The notes under the pieces are model-generated. The model saw only the letters and a list, made by a program, of their open reading frames with translations. It had not been told where the DNA came from and did no database searches. DNA of 64,000 nucleotides from Neodothiora populina (Eukaryota): NCBI RefSeq assembly GCF_041146345.1, contig NW_027191413.1:2480001-2544000 (forward strand), in the 5' to 3' direction. Numbering within the stretch: position 1 is the first letter of the stretch; each line of letters begins with the position of its first letter. Below, one piece after another: positions 49,846 through 61,922 of this stretch. A program made the position numbers and the translations under genes.

Positions 49846-51191
49846 TCACTGTACTGCCACTGCGGGAGCCTCGAACATGTCATCGATGCCCTCCTGGCTG
49901 TTCACGTCTTCCTCCTCGCTCTCTTCCTCCTCGAGCTCCTCTTCGTCCTCGAACCCCGTCTCGAGACCCCTGGCCCGCAGGCGGATTTTCATTTCCTCCC
50001 GCTTCATCTCTTGCCACCGCGTGAGAGCAGCAGCCGCGTGCACTCTGAACCCGTAGATCCTGGGTACATATCTTGACTGGGTCTTCTGTGGTAACATGGC
50101 AGGGTAGACTTGGAAGAGGATGTTGTGGAATGACGTGCCAAAGTATGCGCCATCGATGGAATTGTGCCGCGAAGACTTGGGGTTGAAGATGTCCTCGCAC
50201 TTGGCGCAGTAGAGCTTCACCGTGGACATGTTCGCCACATCGTGCAGACCCATGGGGAGAAGGTGTTGACTGTCGCAAATCACACGCGGGCATTTGCCAA
50301 AGACGCCTTGTTTGTACTTGTCGAGCTGTTCCCAGGATTAGTAAAAGAATCGTTTCGTTTCACAGCGGCTTGACACGCACCATCTTGGCAAGTCCTCGCG
50401 TCGTTACAATGTATCGTGCGTGAACGAGTCCGTAGAGATGCCGCGCACTTTTCTCAATTTGTTCGCGCATGTCGTCGTCGACCTCCATGTCGAACACGTC
50501 CGTCACCAGATCCAAGGCATATTGATAGTATTGCACCTCGGTGTTCAAGCCTGTCAGGTTGAATCGATCCGTTAGGTAATCCTCATCGATTTCGCAGAAG
50601 TACTCGTTCCCGCGAGATGAGATGAACTGCGTGAATTCGGTGTCAGTACAAGAAGCTGCCAGTTTATTGCTGAACCTCAGCGCATCGACCTTGCAGATGC
50701 GAGGTGGCTCCAGGTCGTCCAACTTCAAGAATGGATAATCGGCAAAGCTACCATCGTTCTCCGATCGAACAAGTGTATTTGTCTCAATTATGACTCCCGT
50801 TTGGCTGATGGGCCATTCCAGCACCTGCAATGCGTAATGCCAAAAAGAAATCAGGGGGGCTAATCTAGCGAGAATCAAGCCACGAATGCGCAAATGGGCC
50901 TTTTGGCCACAATAATGCGTTCAAAATGCCAATACCTTCTCGTACAAAAGATAGCATGAACATAGGGGCTTGAAGACGGGATGGTGTCCGTTCAGTAAAA
51001 ACAAGGCGTAGATGGGCAGTAATGGCCATGTCTACCAAATCCCATCTCTTTCTATTCGGTAGTGCCAGATCACCCAAAGAAAATCATGCAAAGCAGAAAC
51101 GGAAGCAAGTACAACAGAACTCAACATCACTCACCCAGTCGCGCCAGTAGCTGGTGTAATCACTGTCGGTCTCACTGGCAAAATCATCCAT
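49846..51191 (-). CDS. CKB2: Casein kinase II regulatory subunit beta-2, 3 exons
   Basis: MDDFASETDSDYTSYWRDW|FISSRGNEYFCEIDEDYLTDRFNLTGL, LYGLVHARYI, zinc ribbon CPRVIC…CAKC, IDGAYFGT. Intron 1 is 51134-50627 (508 nt). Confidence 0.95.
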
Positions 51192-52227
51192 AATTGTGAC
51201 AAGTTTGTGTCGATGTCAAAGGTGTATTAGATAGAGGCCCGATCACAGACTGATCATAGTGCGCGTGTGAAGGAAAGCCCTCTATATTGCTTCAGGCAGA
51301 TGCGACCAGTAGTTCGAATTTGTTGTGGCTGACGAGTAGTGTGGCTGCAATTGATTTCATGCAGTGTTGTTGGCGGTCTGCGCATTCGAGGTGGTGGGGC
51401 ACAACCAGATTGAATGGGTGAAGCTGGAGAAGGTCGGAGAAAAGAAGCGCCGGTAATCCGGTTCGCGCACCTGGGTGTGAGTGTTTCTATCCTCGTTCAC
51501 ACCCCTAAAAGAACACTATCATGTTCAGAGAGGAAATGTATATTAGGCATAGGACTGAGATTCGAAGAGTCTGAGGAATTGCAGAAGGATTACTTGAAGA
51601 TATGGAGGAGTTGAAGGTCATCAAGAATTTTGCTTATTATCAAATAATCATGTTTTCCGCTGCGTAACTTCACGCATAATGCATTTATCTTTAAGTCTAC
51701 TTTCATCACTCGGAGAGACTATTTCTCTATCTGGTTGTTTATTCTTGTAGATCTTAGACTCGTTTAACTTATGAGTCGTCTACGAGGTCTACTCGGGATC
51801 CTGGCCAAACGAATAGTGCAACTTGATAGCATACACAACTTCATTCGTAGTAATAGATAATCGAGGGACTAGTGGTAACATAGATCAGGGGATGTCTACA
51901 CTTGCTCTAGGTACAGTAGCTCTTGTTCGAGCACTATCTTATTGACATAGAGTTCTAGTACGAAGTATCAGGCTGCTTGAACATCTGAAAGCGAATCACT
52001 CTGAATGCTAAAGGATTGACCTTGCATTTAGTGCCTGGAGACTGATCTACTCAGGTATGTATGATCAGAGCCGCAACTGCTTTGGCACAATGAACAGTCC
52101 TCCATCAACGTTCCCCTTGGACATTGTGATTGATGTGTCCGAAGGATACGTATGAATGATTGTGTATGAACCCAAGTCAAACTAACATCGAGATGCTTTC
52201 CTTGGCAATATCGAGCTGCCTTCGTTT

Positions 52228-53999
52228 CTAAGCTGCACTTTCGCGTAGGGATGGACTTACGTTGGCCTCCCTGAGTTTGTACTTTAGGTAGCAAGGGGCC
52301 TTTGGCTTATGCGCGGAATGGCCGTTCAAATCGACGGGTGGCGGCTTCACGTCTTTAGTATTACCTTTCGAATCCGAGTATTCAAAGTCGAAATAGGCGA
52401 GGAAGAACGCAGTGATGAGGTTCGATTCGACTTTAGCGAAACGCTGGCCAGGACAGGGATGTCGTCCTACGCCCCAGCCAATGAAAGTGTGCGGCTTTCC
52501 TTTGTTCTCAGGTTGGTCCAAATATCGGCCAGGGTTCCATCTCAATGGTTCTGGGTAGATCTCTGGGTCTAAGTGAACGTTGCCTGTATGGTACATGGCG
52601 CAGCTGCCGTCCGGTACCAAGGTGTCACCGACCTTGACAGGTTTTCCGGAGATGTTCTTGCGGAAAGCGGCTCCGACCATCTGGATGCGAATGCTATCGC
52701 GAAGGCACAGCTCCAGCACTTTGAACTCCGACTCCCAAGCTTCGGCTGGCACGGAAGACAGACGCTCGTATAGAGGCTTCGAATCATCTGCATCGTACTT
52801 GGCAGCAACAGACTCGACTTCTTCTCGAGCACGTGCCTGCCATTCGGGGCTTTGCGAGAGGTAAATCAGGACCCATGCAGCATTGATCCCAGAATTGAGC
52901 TGGCCGGCGAACAATGCTCCCAGCACAAACTGTGCGTGGAGAATCTGTCAGCAACGCTGAACGTCACATATCTTAAGATGGGGAATACGTACAGTGATGA
53001 TGGACTTGATGTCATCGCCCGCGTCCATGCAGAACTGAAGAGCATCATCGACCCTGTGGCCGGTGCTTCTTCTATCGTCTACGATCTTTTTGAAGATCAT
53101 GTAAAGCTGCGCGCCGCCCCATACTCGCTTGAGTTTCGCAGGCGAAGGCAACCAGGGATACATGACAACGGTCGGCGTAGCAGCTTTCTCAACCTCTTCA
53201 TAGAGATGTAGCGTCTTCTCTAACATGGCTGGGTCCTCGGCAATCTCCTTGCAAGCGACAGTCCTCATGGTAAGTTGATATACGATCTTGTAGATGCTGT
53301 CGAAAGGATCTGTGACGCCTCGATCATCTGCTGCTAGTATTTCCATGCTCTTTCTCGTGTCTGCCAGGAGTTGTGGAATGCCTCGGGACTGGTTAGTATG
53401 AACTGTAGCTTGCCTGCTTGCCTACGAGCATGCGGTACCTTTTCTGATGACATCTCCCTTCACAAAGGCAAGAATACGGATCAGGAACCATTTAGGATCA
53501 CTGGAGTCTATGGCTGCACCCTCGGCTGCCTCCTCCTTTCCTGCCTCCTTGGGAGGAGAGGGTGAGCCAGCGAGCAGATTGGCGTAGCTGCCGCATGCAT
53601 GTGTCAGTCACTCCCTCACAGATGCGCATGACATATTCTGATCTTCGAATCCTACCCTTCTAGAAAATCGAGGTCTTTGGCCTCGAAGAAGGTTTTACGA
53701 GCCTCGTCTCCGGAAACACCGACGACATGCTTGCTTCCCACATGGAAGGAGAAACTGCCCGTGTTGGATGCCGCGATCGCCTCCTGGAAGAAGTCCCAGC
53801 GACCCGTGAAGAAGCGGAGAGTGCCAATAATTGGCCAGTCTTCTTTAAGCAGTGGCGGTGCTCCCTTGGGACGAACAAAGGCAGGACGTAGATATAGATA
53901 TGCTGCGCAGAGGCCAAAGAATACAGACAGAACAGTGAGGACGGACGGCTGCGAGGCAGTCAATGCCTCGACTCCAGGCACAAGACTCAGTATCGCCAT
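52228..53999 (-). CDS. Cytochrome P450 (E-class group IV-like) with atypical motifs, 4 exons
   Basis: N-terminal TM plus PKGAPP hinge; I-helix FAGQLNS; LRDSIR; WNPGRY; heme motif FIGWGVGRHPCPGQRFA. Three introns restore the frame. Confidence 0.9.
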
Positions 54000-54867
54000 G
54001 AGATGAGATATAAGCAAAGACGTAGACAAAATGATCTCGATGGGCGCAGAAAGCGTCTCTCTAATGGATGGATTTCAGTCGCTTATGGACCAGAGCATGA
54101 CCATCTCAGCCCCAGGTTATGACCTACTGTAGCCCATGTACTGTATTTGTACCTTACAGTACCATGCCCCATCTGATATAGAGTGCGAACCCCCACATCG
54201 ACCTAGTGTTTAGCTCTGGGTCAAAGCGAACGGCTTGAGATCAACCTAGACTACCTAGTAAGATGAGCAGCCAATCAGCGTGCCACGTAAGCGGTCGTAT
54301 CTTGGACATTCTCTAGACGAGGTGTGCTTGAGTTACGCGAGCGAGTATGGATTCCTGTAAGATTGGTAGAGAGCAGTAGTCCATTATGATTTATCATTCA
54401 ATGAGATGGTAGGTATGTATGGATGATTGACAACAGGGTAAGCAGTATTGGCAGCCATGGTTTTGTTGGGGTGGGTTGTGTGCATGATTCGCTTACACGA
54501 CAAAGGGTGAACAACGAAAAGGCTATCTTGGGTTTTTCAATCCATGGAGATTTAGTACGTGTGGCAGTAAGTCTGTTTAGTGGAATATTCTGTACTTGTA
54601 TTCGAGTCTGCGGCAGTGTTCGGTAGGTTGCCTGTGTTTAGAACAGCATTAGAGCGAGCGAGTGCTTGTACACCTTACCTTAAGGTGAGAATGCGGAGGT
54701 GACGGCAAACGCCGAGAAGTGGTCCCTTCCCTTTCGCGACAGGCCGAGCCGCCGCCTTCCTCGGGAACTTTGTGTGAAAGTGCAAAGTCCAGAGCAGAGT
54801 CGCAAGCAACAAATGAACTAAAAGAACTCGCCAGGGTGCAACACAACCACGTCAGTCAATCATCGAC

Positions 54868-55932
54868 ATGGCCACCTCCAAAACATGTCTCTCTCGACTA
54901 TCACGGTCGGCGCTGTCGCCAGCCTCGGCGGTGCGGCCATCGAAGATGCAGCTGCCTCCGCCATTCTTGTTGCCTTTTCACTCACAGCAGCAGCGTAATG
55001 CCGTGCAGAGCGCCAACGCACAAAAGTACAAGCGAAAGGATCTACCGACGTCTGCGAGGAAGAAGAAGAGCAGGACGACGTATCTGAACTATGACTTGAA
55101 GGACGCCATCCGGTTTCCTCTTGTGGACGCCATGCGGTAGGTTCACCACCACCACCATCCGAGGAGGATGCAGAAACAGAAGCAACGGCAGAAAGACTGA
55201 CAGTTCAAAAGATACCTCCGCGCAGTCGAAGTAGGACGTGCTCCCACCTCATCCAAGTACGAACTACATCTCCGCCTCAAATCACTCAAGAACGGGCCCG
55301 TCGTGCGAAACCGCATACGCCTGCCACATCCCGTCAAGACAGATCTGCGCATCGCAGTCATCTGCGCTCCCGACTCGGCCGCCGCAACAGCAGCCAAGAA
55401 GGCCGGCGCCACTCTCGTCGGTGAAGACGTCATCTTCGATGCAGTCAAGGACGGCCGGATAGAATTCGACAGGTGTATCTGCCACCAGGACTCGCTGTTG
55501 AAGATGAACAAGGCCGGTCTCGGTCGTATCCTCGGTCCTCGAGGTCTCATGCCCAGTGCAAAGACCAACACTGTCGTCAAGGACGTCGGAGCAAGTGTCA
55601 CGGACATGGTCGGTGCAAGCGAGTACAGGGAGCGTTTGGGAGTGGTGAGGATGGCAGTGGGTCAATTGGGCATGACGCCCGAGGAGTTGTCGAGGAACAT
55701 CAAGAGCTTCATTGATAATGTCAAGAAGGACATGGCTACGCTGAGCGATAGGATCGCAAAGGACATTCACGAAGTCGTAAGTCTCTTCTTTCTATCCATT
55801 ACCATTCCATGCAACACCTCACTAATTTCCATTCTGTAGGTCCTCAGCTCAACAAACGGACCGGGCCTGAGTCTGAACGGTGACTTCAGAGGTCCCGAGT
55901 CCATCCCGACAAAGGATCTTTCGACCTTGTAA
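54868..55932 (+). CDS. MRPL1: Mitochondrial ribosomal protein uL1m, 3 exons
   Basis: Presequence-like N-terminus; DAMR|YLRAVEVG, RNRIRLPHPV, LGRILGPRGLMPSAK, HEV|VLSSTNGPG. Introns 55137-55211 and 55777-55839. Confidence 0.92.
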
Positions 55933-56105
55933 AATAACCTTGTTCACTGTACAAATAAACCATTCATATACCCATCACATACAACGAATCCTCCCGTCGC
56001 AGTGTAACTCTTGTGTGTCTGTGTCTGTTCCCTTTTGTCTCTTTCGGCATCGACGTCGTTTCTCAAAAGTGACAAGCAACGTTTTGTCTCATTGTAGCCA
56101 TCTGT

Positions 56106-56132
56106 ATGACCTGCATGACCTGCATGACCTGC
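56106..56132. repeat. 9-bp tandem repeat (ATGACCTGC)x3
   Basis: atgacctgc atgacctgc atgacctgc. Confidence 0.85.
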
Positions 56133-56893
56133 CTCGTTTGCACCTGCCTTTTCATGTTCGCGATGAAATCAGCAACATTTCTTCAAGGGAGATTATCCGG
56201 AATCTACTGGCCAAAATAGTACAACATACGGGCAGGTCGTAACTCGAGCATGCAGAGCATTGGACGTATATCACACAGTGTGGTGCAGTGCACACGATGA
56301 CCTCGGGGAAATAAAGTGAGATGAAACAGGCTCGGTCGTGCACCAAGGCCGCAAAACCGTGAGACGTCTCATCCACTAGCACAATACATGATGGACAACC
56401 ACATCTCAACTCAAGTCAATTCGACTCGTCTCGTACCTATAGGCTATACGTTAAAGAAATTCGCTTGGAGAGGTCTATATCATATGCAAAAGAATATGCT
56501 GTTTATGCAACCAAGGAGAAGAGATTGGCTTAGTTGTTGGATAGAAAGACAGGGTCGCCCCGCGATCACCTCGCTTTCCGAACACACCACACATATACAC
56601 ACACGCATGCATGCAGTTCATCAATCAAAGTACGAATAATCCATGAAATAATAGGACTTATAAGGACACTAGCTGGTTTTATTTTCTTCGGAGCTTCTGT
56701 GATAAGTCCACTGCAGATATTCTCTTGTGGATTCCATCCAGCCATATGCGCTGTACTCGCTCGAACTGGATCTCGTGCAGGGTATGTTGCTGCTCTCCAT
56801 CCAAAGATGGACATTTTGATAGGATCCGGTCCCAAAACCGAAGCTTTTCTTGCCTCAGCACCCCAAAAAGTGCGATTCATCATCATATTCCAA

Positions 56894-56962
56894 CTGTGCA
56901 TATCCCGTCAGCATCGTCAATTCGGTCCAAGTCTTCATCCAGGGACGGGCGAGATCACTCAC
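56894..56962 (-). promoter_or_regulatory. Predicted spliceosomal intron in the eIF4A-III 3'UTR
   Basis: AAA|GTGAGT…GCTGAC…GCACAG|, 69 nt, starting 157 nt after the stop codon. Confidence 0.7.
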
Positions 56963-57119
56963 TTTCTGGCTACAAGCCCTTTCCTCCACCACATTCGCCG
57001 AGTGATTCGGCCTGTCTCGCATCTTCTCTACCTTCCTGCCACGGCGTGTCGTGTCTTGGTCGAGGCGCGGATCTATTTTTGAGTGTTTCCTTTCTTCCAG
57101 AATCCCGATCCAGGTTCGA

Positions 57120-58442
57120 TCAGGTCAGGAGATCGGCCACGTTCATGGGCATCTCATCGATCTGAGTGGAGTAGTAGACTGGTTTTTGACGGTAAGCAAA
57201 CGAGAAGAATGATGAATAGGAAAAAAAGAAGAAAATACGTACGTTCGATGTCGCGCAGGATACGCACGTCTTCGCTGGTGACAAAGTTGATGGCGACACC
57301 CTTCCTGCCAAAGCGACCACTGCGTCCGATTCTGTGAATGTAGTTCTCACGGTTGCTGGGCAGGTCGTAGTTGATGACAAGAGAAACCTGCTGGACGTCG
57401 ATACCTCTGGCCCAGACGTCGGTCGAAATAAGAACTCGGCTGTTGCCTTGTCTGAAGTCTTGCATAATGCTGTCTCTTTCCTTCTGGGGCATCTCGCCGT
57501 GCATCGAAGACACGGTAAAGTTGGCTTCGCGCATCTTGTCGGTCAACCAATCGACCTTTCTGCGGGTGTTGCAGAAGATGACGGCTTGTGTGATGGTGAG
57601 TGTGTCGTAGAGATCGCAGAGCGTGTCGAACTTCCAGTCTTCCTTTTCGACAGCAATGAAATATTGCTTCAATCCCTCGAGGGTCAATTCGTCACGCTTG
57701 ACGAGGATGCGCACTGGGTCGGTCATGAACTTTGTCGTCATGTCAAGGACGTCGTAAGGGAGAGTGGCAGAAACGACGACAACCTGTGTCGCAGGAGGCA
57801 GATAACGGTAGACGTCGTAGATTTGCTCTCTGAAACCACGGTTGAGAAGCTCATCGGCTTCATCGAGAACCAGCATCTTGATGTTGCGAGTGCGCAAGTT
57901 GCGACGGCGGATCATATCAGCGACGCGACCAGGGGTTCCAGATACAATGTGTTGGCCGTAGTCCAGCTTGCGGATATCCTCGCCGACGTTGGTTCCTCCG
58001 ATACAAGCGTGGCACTGAACGTTCATGTAGTCGCCCAGAGCCATGACGACAGACTGAATTTGGGTGGCCAATTCACGCGTGGGTGAGAGGACGAGAGCTG
58101 TCGTAGAAATGTTAGGGTGGAACTGCGACAAAGGCAAGTCAATGGCGCATGCGTACCTTGAGTCTCGCGCACGGCTGTGTCGATGACCTGTAGCATAGAA
58201 ATGGAAAAAGTGGCCGTCTTTCCCGTTCCTGACTGCGCCTGAGCAATGGTGTCGCGACCCTTGCACACCTGCACAATGGCACGCGACTGGACTGCGGATG
58301 GTGACTCGTATCCGTAGGCGTAGATTCCTCGTAGCAGATTCTCCTTCAGGTGCATGGCCTCGAAGGTGGGCGCGACCGTGACCTCCTTGGAGGTGGAGAA
58401 CTCCATGCGCTCATCTTGCTTTCTGTCGATTCCGTCGGCCAT
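57120..58442 (-). CDS. FAL1: DEAD-box helicase eIF4A-III / Fal1 (EJC core), 3 coding exons
   Basis: [79 protein letters not shown]. Introns 58156-58098 and 57242-57179. Confidence 0.97.
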
Positions 58443-58904
58443 GATTGCGGTTAGACAGGTTGATCCTCTCGATGTGTGGGATGAGAGTTGCGATGAATAA
58501 GATACAAGCAGTCGTGATGGGAAATGTTCACGAATAGGCAAGTACTGTGCTGTACCTTCCCGCTCTGACACTCTCCGCATAATTGAATCAAAAAGCTTGG
58601 CATTAGATTTGGTGCTGGTTCAGGTAGCTGCGACGCTCGGGCCACCGTCATTGTCCGTTCTTGCCTAGTCAGGACAACGAGCAACACATGTGTGGACTTA
58701 TTTGTTCTTCATACCTACTGTATATCTTTATTCTCCACCTTCACTTTGCCCCCTCTGCTCTTGGTTCTCAAATATATCGCGCCGTCTCATTTCCTGAGCG
58801 TCGCGCATAACGAGGCTGATTTCCTCTCATCTTCTTCTGCTGCTTCTTCTTCTGCATCGCCTTCCGAAGAGGCACTTGACTAGTCCTCCGTCGCCTCCGT
58901 CGCC

Positions 58905-60401
58905 ATGTTGTTCGAAGACTTGCGCTTCGTCCATGAGGATCTCGAGCGCCTCGAGCAAGCGGTGAGCGATCGCATGCTCGAAGAACCCAGGCACATCAGA
59001 GATCGCTTGGCCCGAGACCACGAGATGGCCCAGTTCCTCGACCGCATCAAGTCACAATCACAGCGCGCTCTTCAGATCTACAAGGACTCCGAGGCACGCA
59101 CGAAAGAAATCCAATCAATATCCACCGGCGACCAGTTCGACGAATTCTACAAGCAGCTCAACACCGTCAAGGACTTCCACAAGCGATATCCCAATGAGCC
59201 CGTGGAGAATCTGGAACGCGCATACAAGCGCCGCGCTGTCGGAGATGTCCTTCCTTTCCCCTCGCACATCGACACCATGTTCACCGGCGAGGAAGCGTTC
59301 GGCCGCTTCTTCGACATGATGTCTTTACACGAGGACTACGTCAACCTGCCCAACCTCAAGAAGCGCATCACCTATCTGCAGTACCTCGACAGTTTCGACA
59401 AATTCGACGCCATCCCGCGAGCCGACAAGACCCAGGACCAGTACTTCAACTACCTCGGCGCATTGTGCGCTTATCTGGAAGGCTTCATGCGACGCACGAG
59501 ACCGCTCGAAGATCTCGACAAGCTCTTTGCTTCATTCGACAAGGAGTTCCGAGAGGCTTGGGACAAGGACGAGGCGCCTGGTTGGTCGCTAAAAGGAGCG
59601 GGAAAGCCCGAGGTCGACGGTCCTGCAACAGAGGGCACTGGCGAGGGCGTGTGGTGCCCAGACTGCGAAAAGGAATTCAAGAATGAAAACATATACAAGT
59701 CTCACTTGGCCGGCAAGAAACACATCAAGCACGCCGAGGCACGCAAGGCCCGCACGCAATCCCAAGATGCCAACGGCGGCATCGACATCAAGGAGTCTGG
59801 ACAGCGTCTGAAGGAGAGGGCGATCGCGGAGCGAGAGTGGCGGACGCGCAGGTTAGCCGCCGCCATGCAGACGGAGAGATCAGACACGCGCGCCAACGTC
59901 GAGCGGAAACAGGGAATGACGGACAAGGAGCGCCAGCAAGAGTTGCAGGCTCTGTATGCCGAGGCCACGGGCGTCACAGGCGCCCCTGCCGACGGCCAAG
60001 ACGACGACGACGACGAAGAGAAAATCTACAATCCGCTCAAGCTGCCGCTTGCCTGGGACGGCAAGCCCATACCCTTCTGGCTGTACAAGTTGCACGGTCT
60101 GGGGGTCGAGTTTCCCTGCGAGATCTGCGGCAACTTTGTCTACATGGGTCGCCGAGCCTTCGACAAGCACTTTAGCGAGGCCAGACATCTCTACGGTCTC
60201 AAGTGTCTGGGAATCACCAATTCCACGCTGTTCAGAGAGATCACGGGCATCGACGAGGCCAAGAGGCTGTGGGAGAAGATCCAGGTGGACAAGAAATCAG
60301 AGCAGAATGCGGGAGACCAGGTGGTGCAGATGGAGGATCAAGAGGGCAATGTCATGCCCGAGAAGGTGTACTATGATTTGCTGAAGCAGGGACTGCTCTG
60401 A
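58905..60401 (+). CDS. PRP9: Splicing factor SF3a subunit 3 (Prp9/Sap61)
   Basis: HEDLERLEQA, FTGEEAFGRFFD, YNPLKLPLAWDGKPIPFWLYKLHGL, CEICGNFVYMGRRAFDKHF; intronless. Confidence 0.97.
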   Translation: MLFEDLRFVHEDLERLEQAVSDRMLEEPRHIRDRLARDHEMAQFLDRIKSQSQRALQIYKDSEARTKEIQSISTGDQFDEFYKQLNTVKDFHKRYPNEPVENLERAYKRRAVGDVLPFPSHIDTMFTGEEAFGRFFDMMSLHEDYVNLPNLKKRITYLQYLDSFDKFDAIPRADKTQDQYFNYLGALCAYLEGFMRRTRPLEDLDKLFASFDKEFREAWDKDEAPGWSLKGAGKPEVDGPATEGTGEGVWCPDCEKEFKNENIYKSHLAGKKHIKHAEARKARTQSQDANGGIDIKESGQRLKERAIAEREWRTRRLAAAMQTERSDTRANVERKQGMTDKERQQELQALYAEATGVTGAPADGQDDDDDEEKIYNPLKLPLAWDGKPIPFWLYKLHGLGVEFPCEICGNFVYMGRRAFDKHFSEARHLYGLKCLGITNSTLFREITGIDEAKRLWEKIQVDKKSEQNAGDQVVQMEDQEGNVMPEKVYYDLLKQGLL

Positions 60402-60533
60402 TCTTTGGTTGTCTGGGATCAAGACTTGCGCAAAACGCCCGAGGAGCGCAAGTGCTAGACTAATTCAAGGTAAAGGTCGCTCATATAACGATCAAAAAGG
60501 ATCAAAAAGGCCAGCGCCCCAAGTAGGGCCAGG

Positions 60534-61463
60534 TCAGGTACTTTTGAGCACACTCATCAACTCTTCACCTTCGCCGAGTGCACGGTAGATGCTCGTCAGC
60601 CTCAGCGTCCTCGGAGCAGCATCTCGGCCATCCTTTTTGGCTTGCTTGAGAGCTGCACCCAGGTCTAGCAGAAGAGTCTTTCGTATGTGCGTCGTTCGTG
60701 CCTGTTGTGCTGTGATGAAGGGGTGCGATGCGCCAACCTGTTGGACCAAGTGCTGAAGCAGCAGGTACAGCTGGGCGTGCTTTTTTAGTCTGGCGACCAG
60801 CACATCAGCTGGCCGAGCCTGTGAGGACAACGAAGACCCATCTCCGTCTTCGTCTTGGTCATCGTCGTCGTCGTCGTATTCTTCGTATTCATGCTCGTCG
60901 CCATCGTGGTTCGCAGATGATTTGTCCCCGTTCACAGCTGCTTGTTGTTGAATCATCAAGCGCCGCTCCAGCTCTCCCAATCGATCGTCAATCTCCAGTA
61001 ACTTGCGGCCGACCAGCATGTCCTTGCGGATCACTCTCTTCTCATCCAACAGCCCCTTGACTTCCCTCTCTCTTGCGGCAACAACACCCCTGACGCCCTC
61101 GACCTGGCGCTGAAAGCCCAGCACACCAACCTTGACACTCTCGACCTTCTCGTCACCACCCTTCAGCGTAGACCCCAACCCTAAAAAGTCCTCGTAGTTG
61201 CTATTCACCAGATCCAGCAGCTCCCGGGAGAGCAGCTGCGAGCGAGCACGCAGATCCGACCGCAGATCCTCGAGGGTCTGGTGTCTGTTGTGCAGCGTAG
61301 AGAGGTAAGTCTGGGGATCGAAGTCTGGAGCCAAGAAATCGGAGCGAGGCAATTCTTCGGGGTATGGGAGCGTGTCTAGATCGTCATCGTCGCCGTCGTC
61401 GTTGGCATCCGAGTTGTTGTACGACGAGCCGTAGCGGTCGTAGGCGGGGTTGTAGGAGGCCAT
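60534..61463 (-). CDS. COG2: Conserved oligomeric Golgi complex subunit 2
   Basis: LPYPEELPRSDFLAPDFDPQTYLSTLHNRHQTLEDLRSDLR…LLDLVNSNYEDFLGLG; start at MASYNP (ATG 61463). Confidence 0.88.
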   Translation of the reverse strand: MASYNPAYDRYGSSYNNSDANDDGDDDDLDTLPYPEELPRSDFLAPDFDPQTYLSTLHNRHQTLEDLRSDLRARSQLLSRELLDLVNSNYEDFLGLGSTLKGGDEKVESVKVGVLGFQRQVEGVRGVVAAREREVKGLLDEKRVIRKDMLVGRKLLEIDDRLGELERRLMIQQQAAVNGDKSSANHDGDEHEYEEYDDDDDDQDEDGDGSSLSSQARPADVLVARLKKHAQLYLLLQHLVQQVGASHPFITAQQARTTHIRKTLLLDLGAALKQAKKDGRDAAPRTLRLTSIYRALGEGEELMSVLKST

Positions 61464-61922
61464 GGGGTTGGCTTTGGGAGATGGAGGAGAGATAATAATG
61501 CATGTGAAAGTTGACAGCAGACATGCAGACAGGAACAAGGAGTAGACATGATTCAGAGATGCTGGGGATTCATGTCGAAACTGACTCATTTGGGGCAGGC
61601 TGTTTATGCCTCGGTGCTGACGTACATTGAAGCGCATTCATTCATGCCAGATTGATTGATTGATTACCAATGGATGCAGGTGGCTTGGAGGGGCAGCATA
61701 TCGCTGTATCGATACTACAATACTTTGTACTACGCATCTCGGGTCTCAAGTATATAAAAAAAAGGTCTGGTCTTTTCTTCTCTTGGACTGTGCATATTGA
61801 ATTGTCTGTCTGTTTGTCTGCTACCAAGGGCCAATATCAAGAGTCTCCCTGTCGTCACCACTTTTGTTGTGTCATATAATCATAAACCGTATCACATAAA
61901 CACCGTCAAGCAAGCGGCGGTC

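Noticed and set aside
51600..52030. AT/TpA-rich stretch with small palindromes as a possible RIP-mutated transposon relic
   Set aside because: No terminal repeats, target duplication or residual ORF; fits ordinary intergenic DNA.
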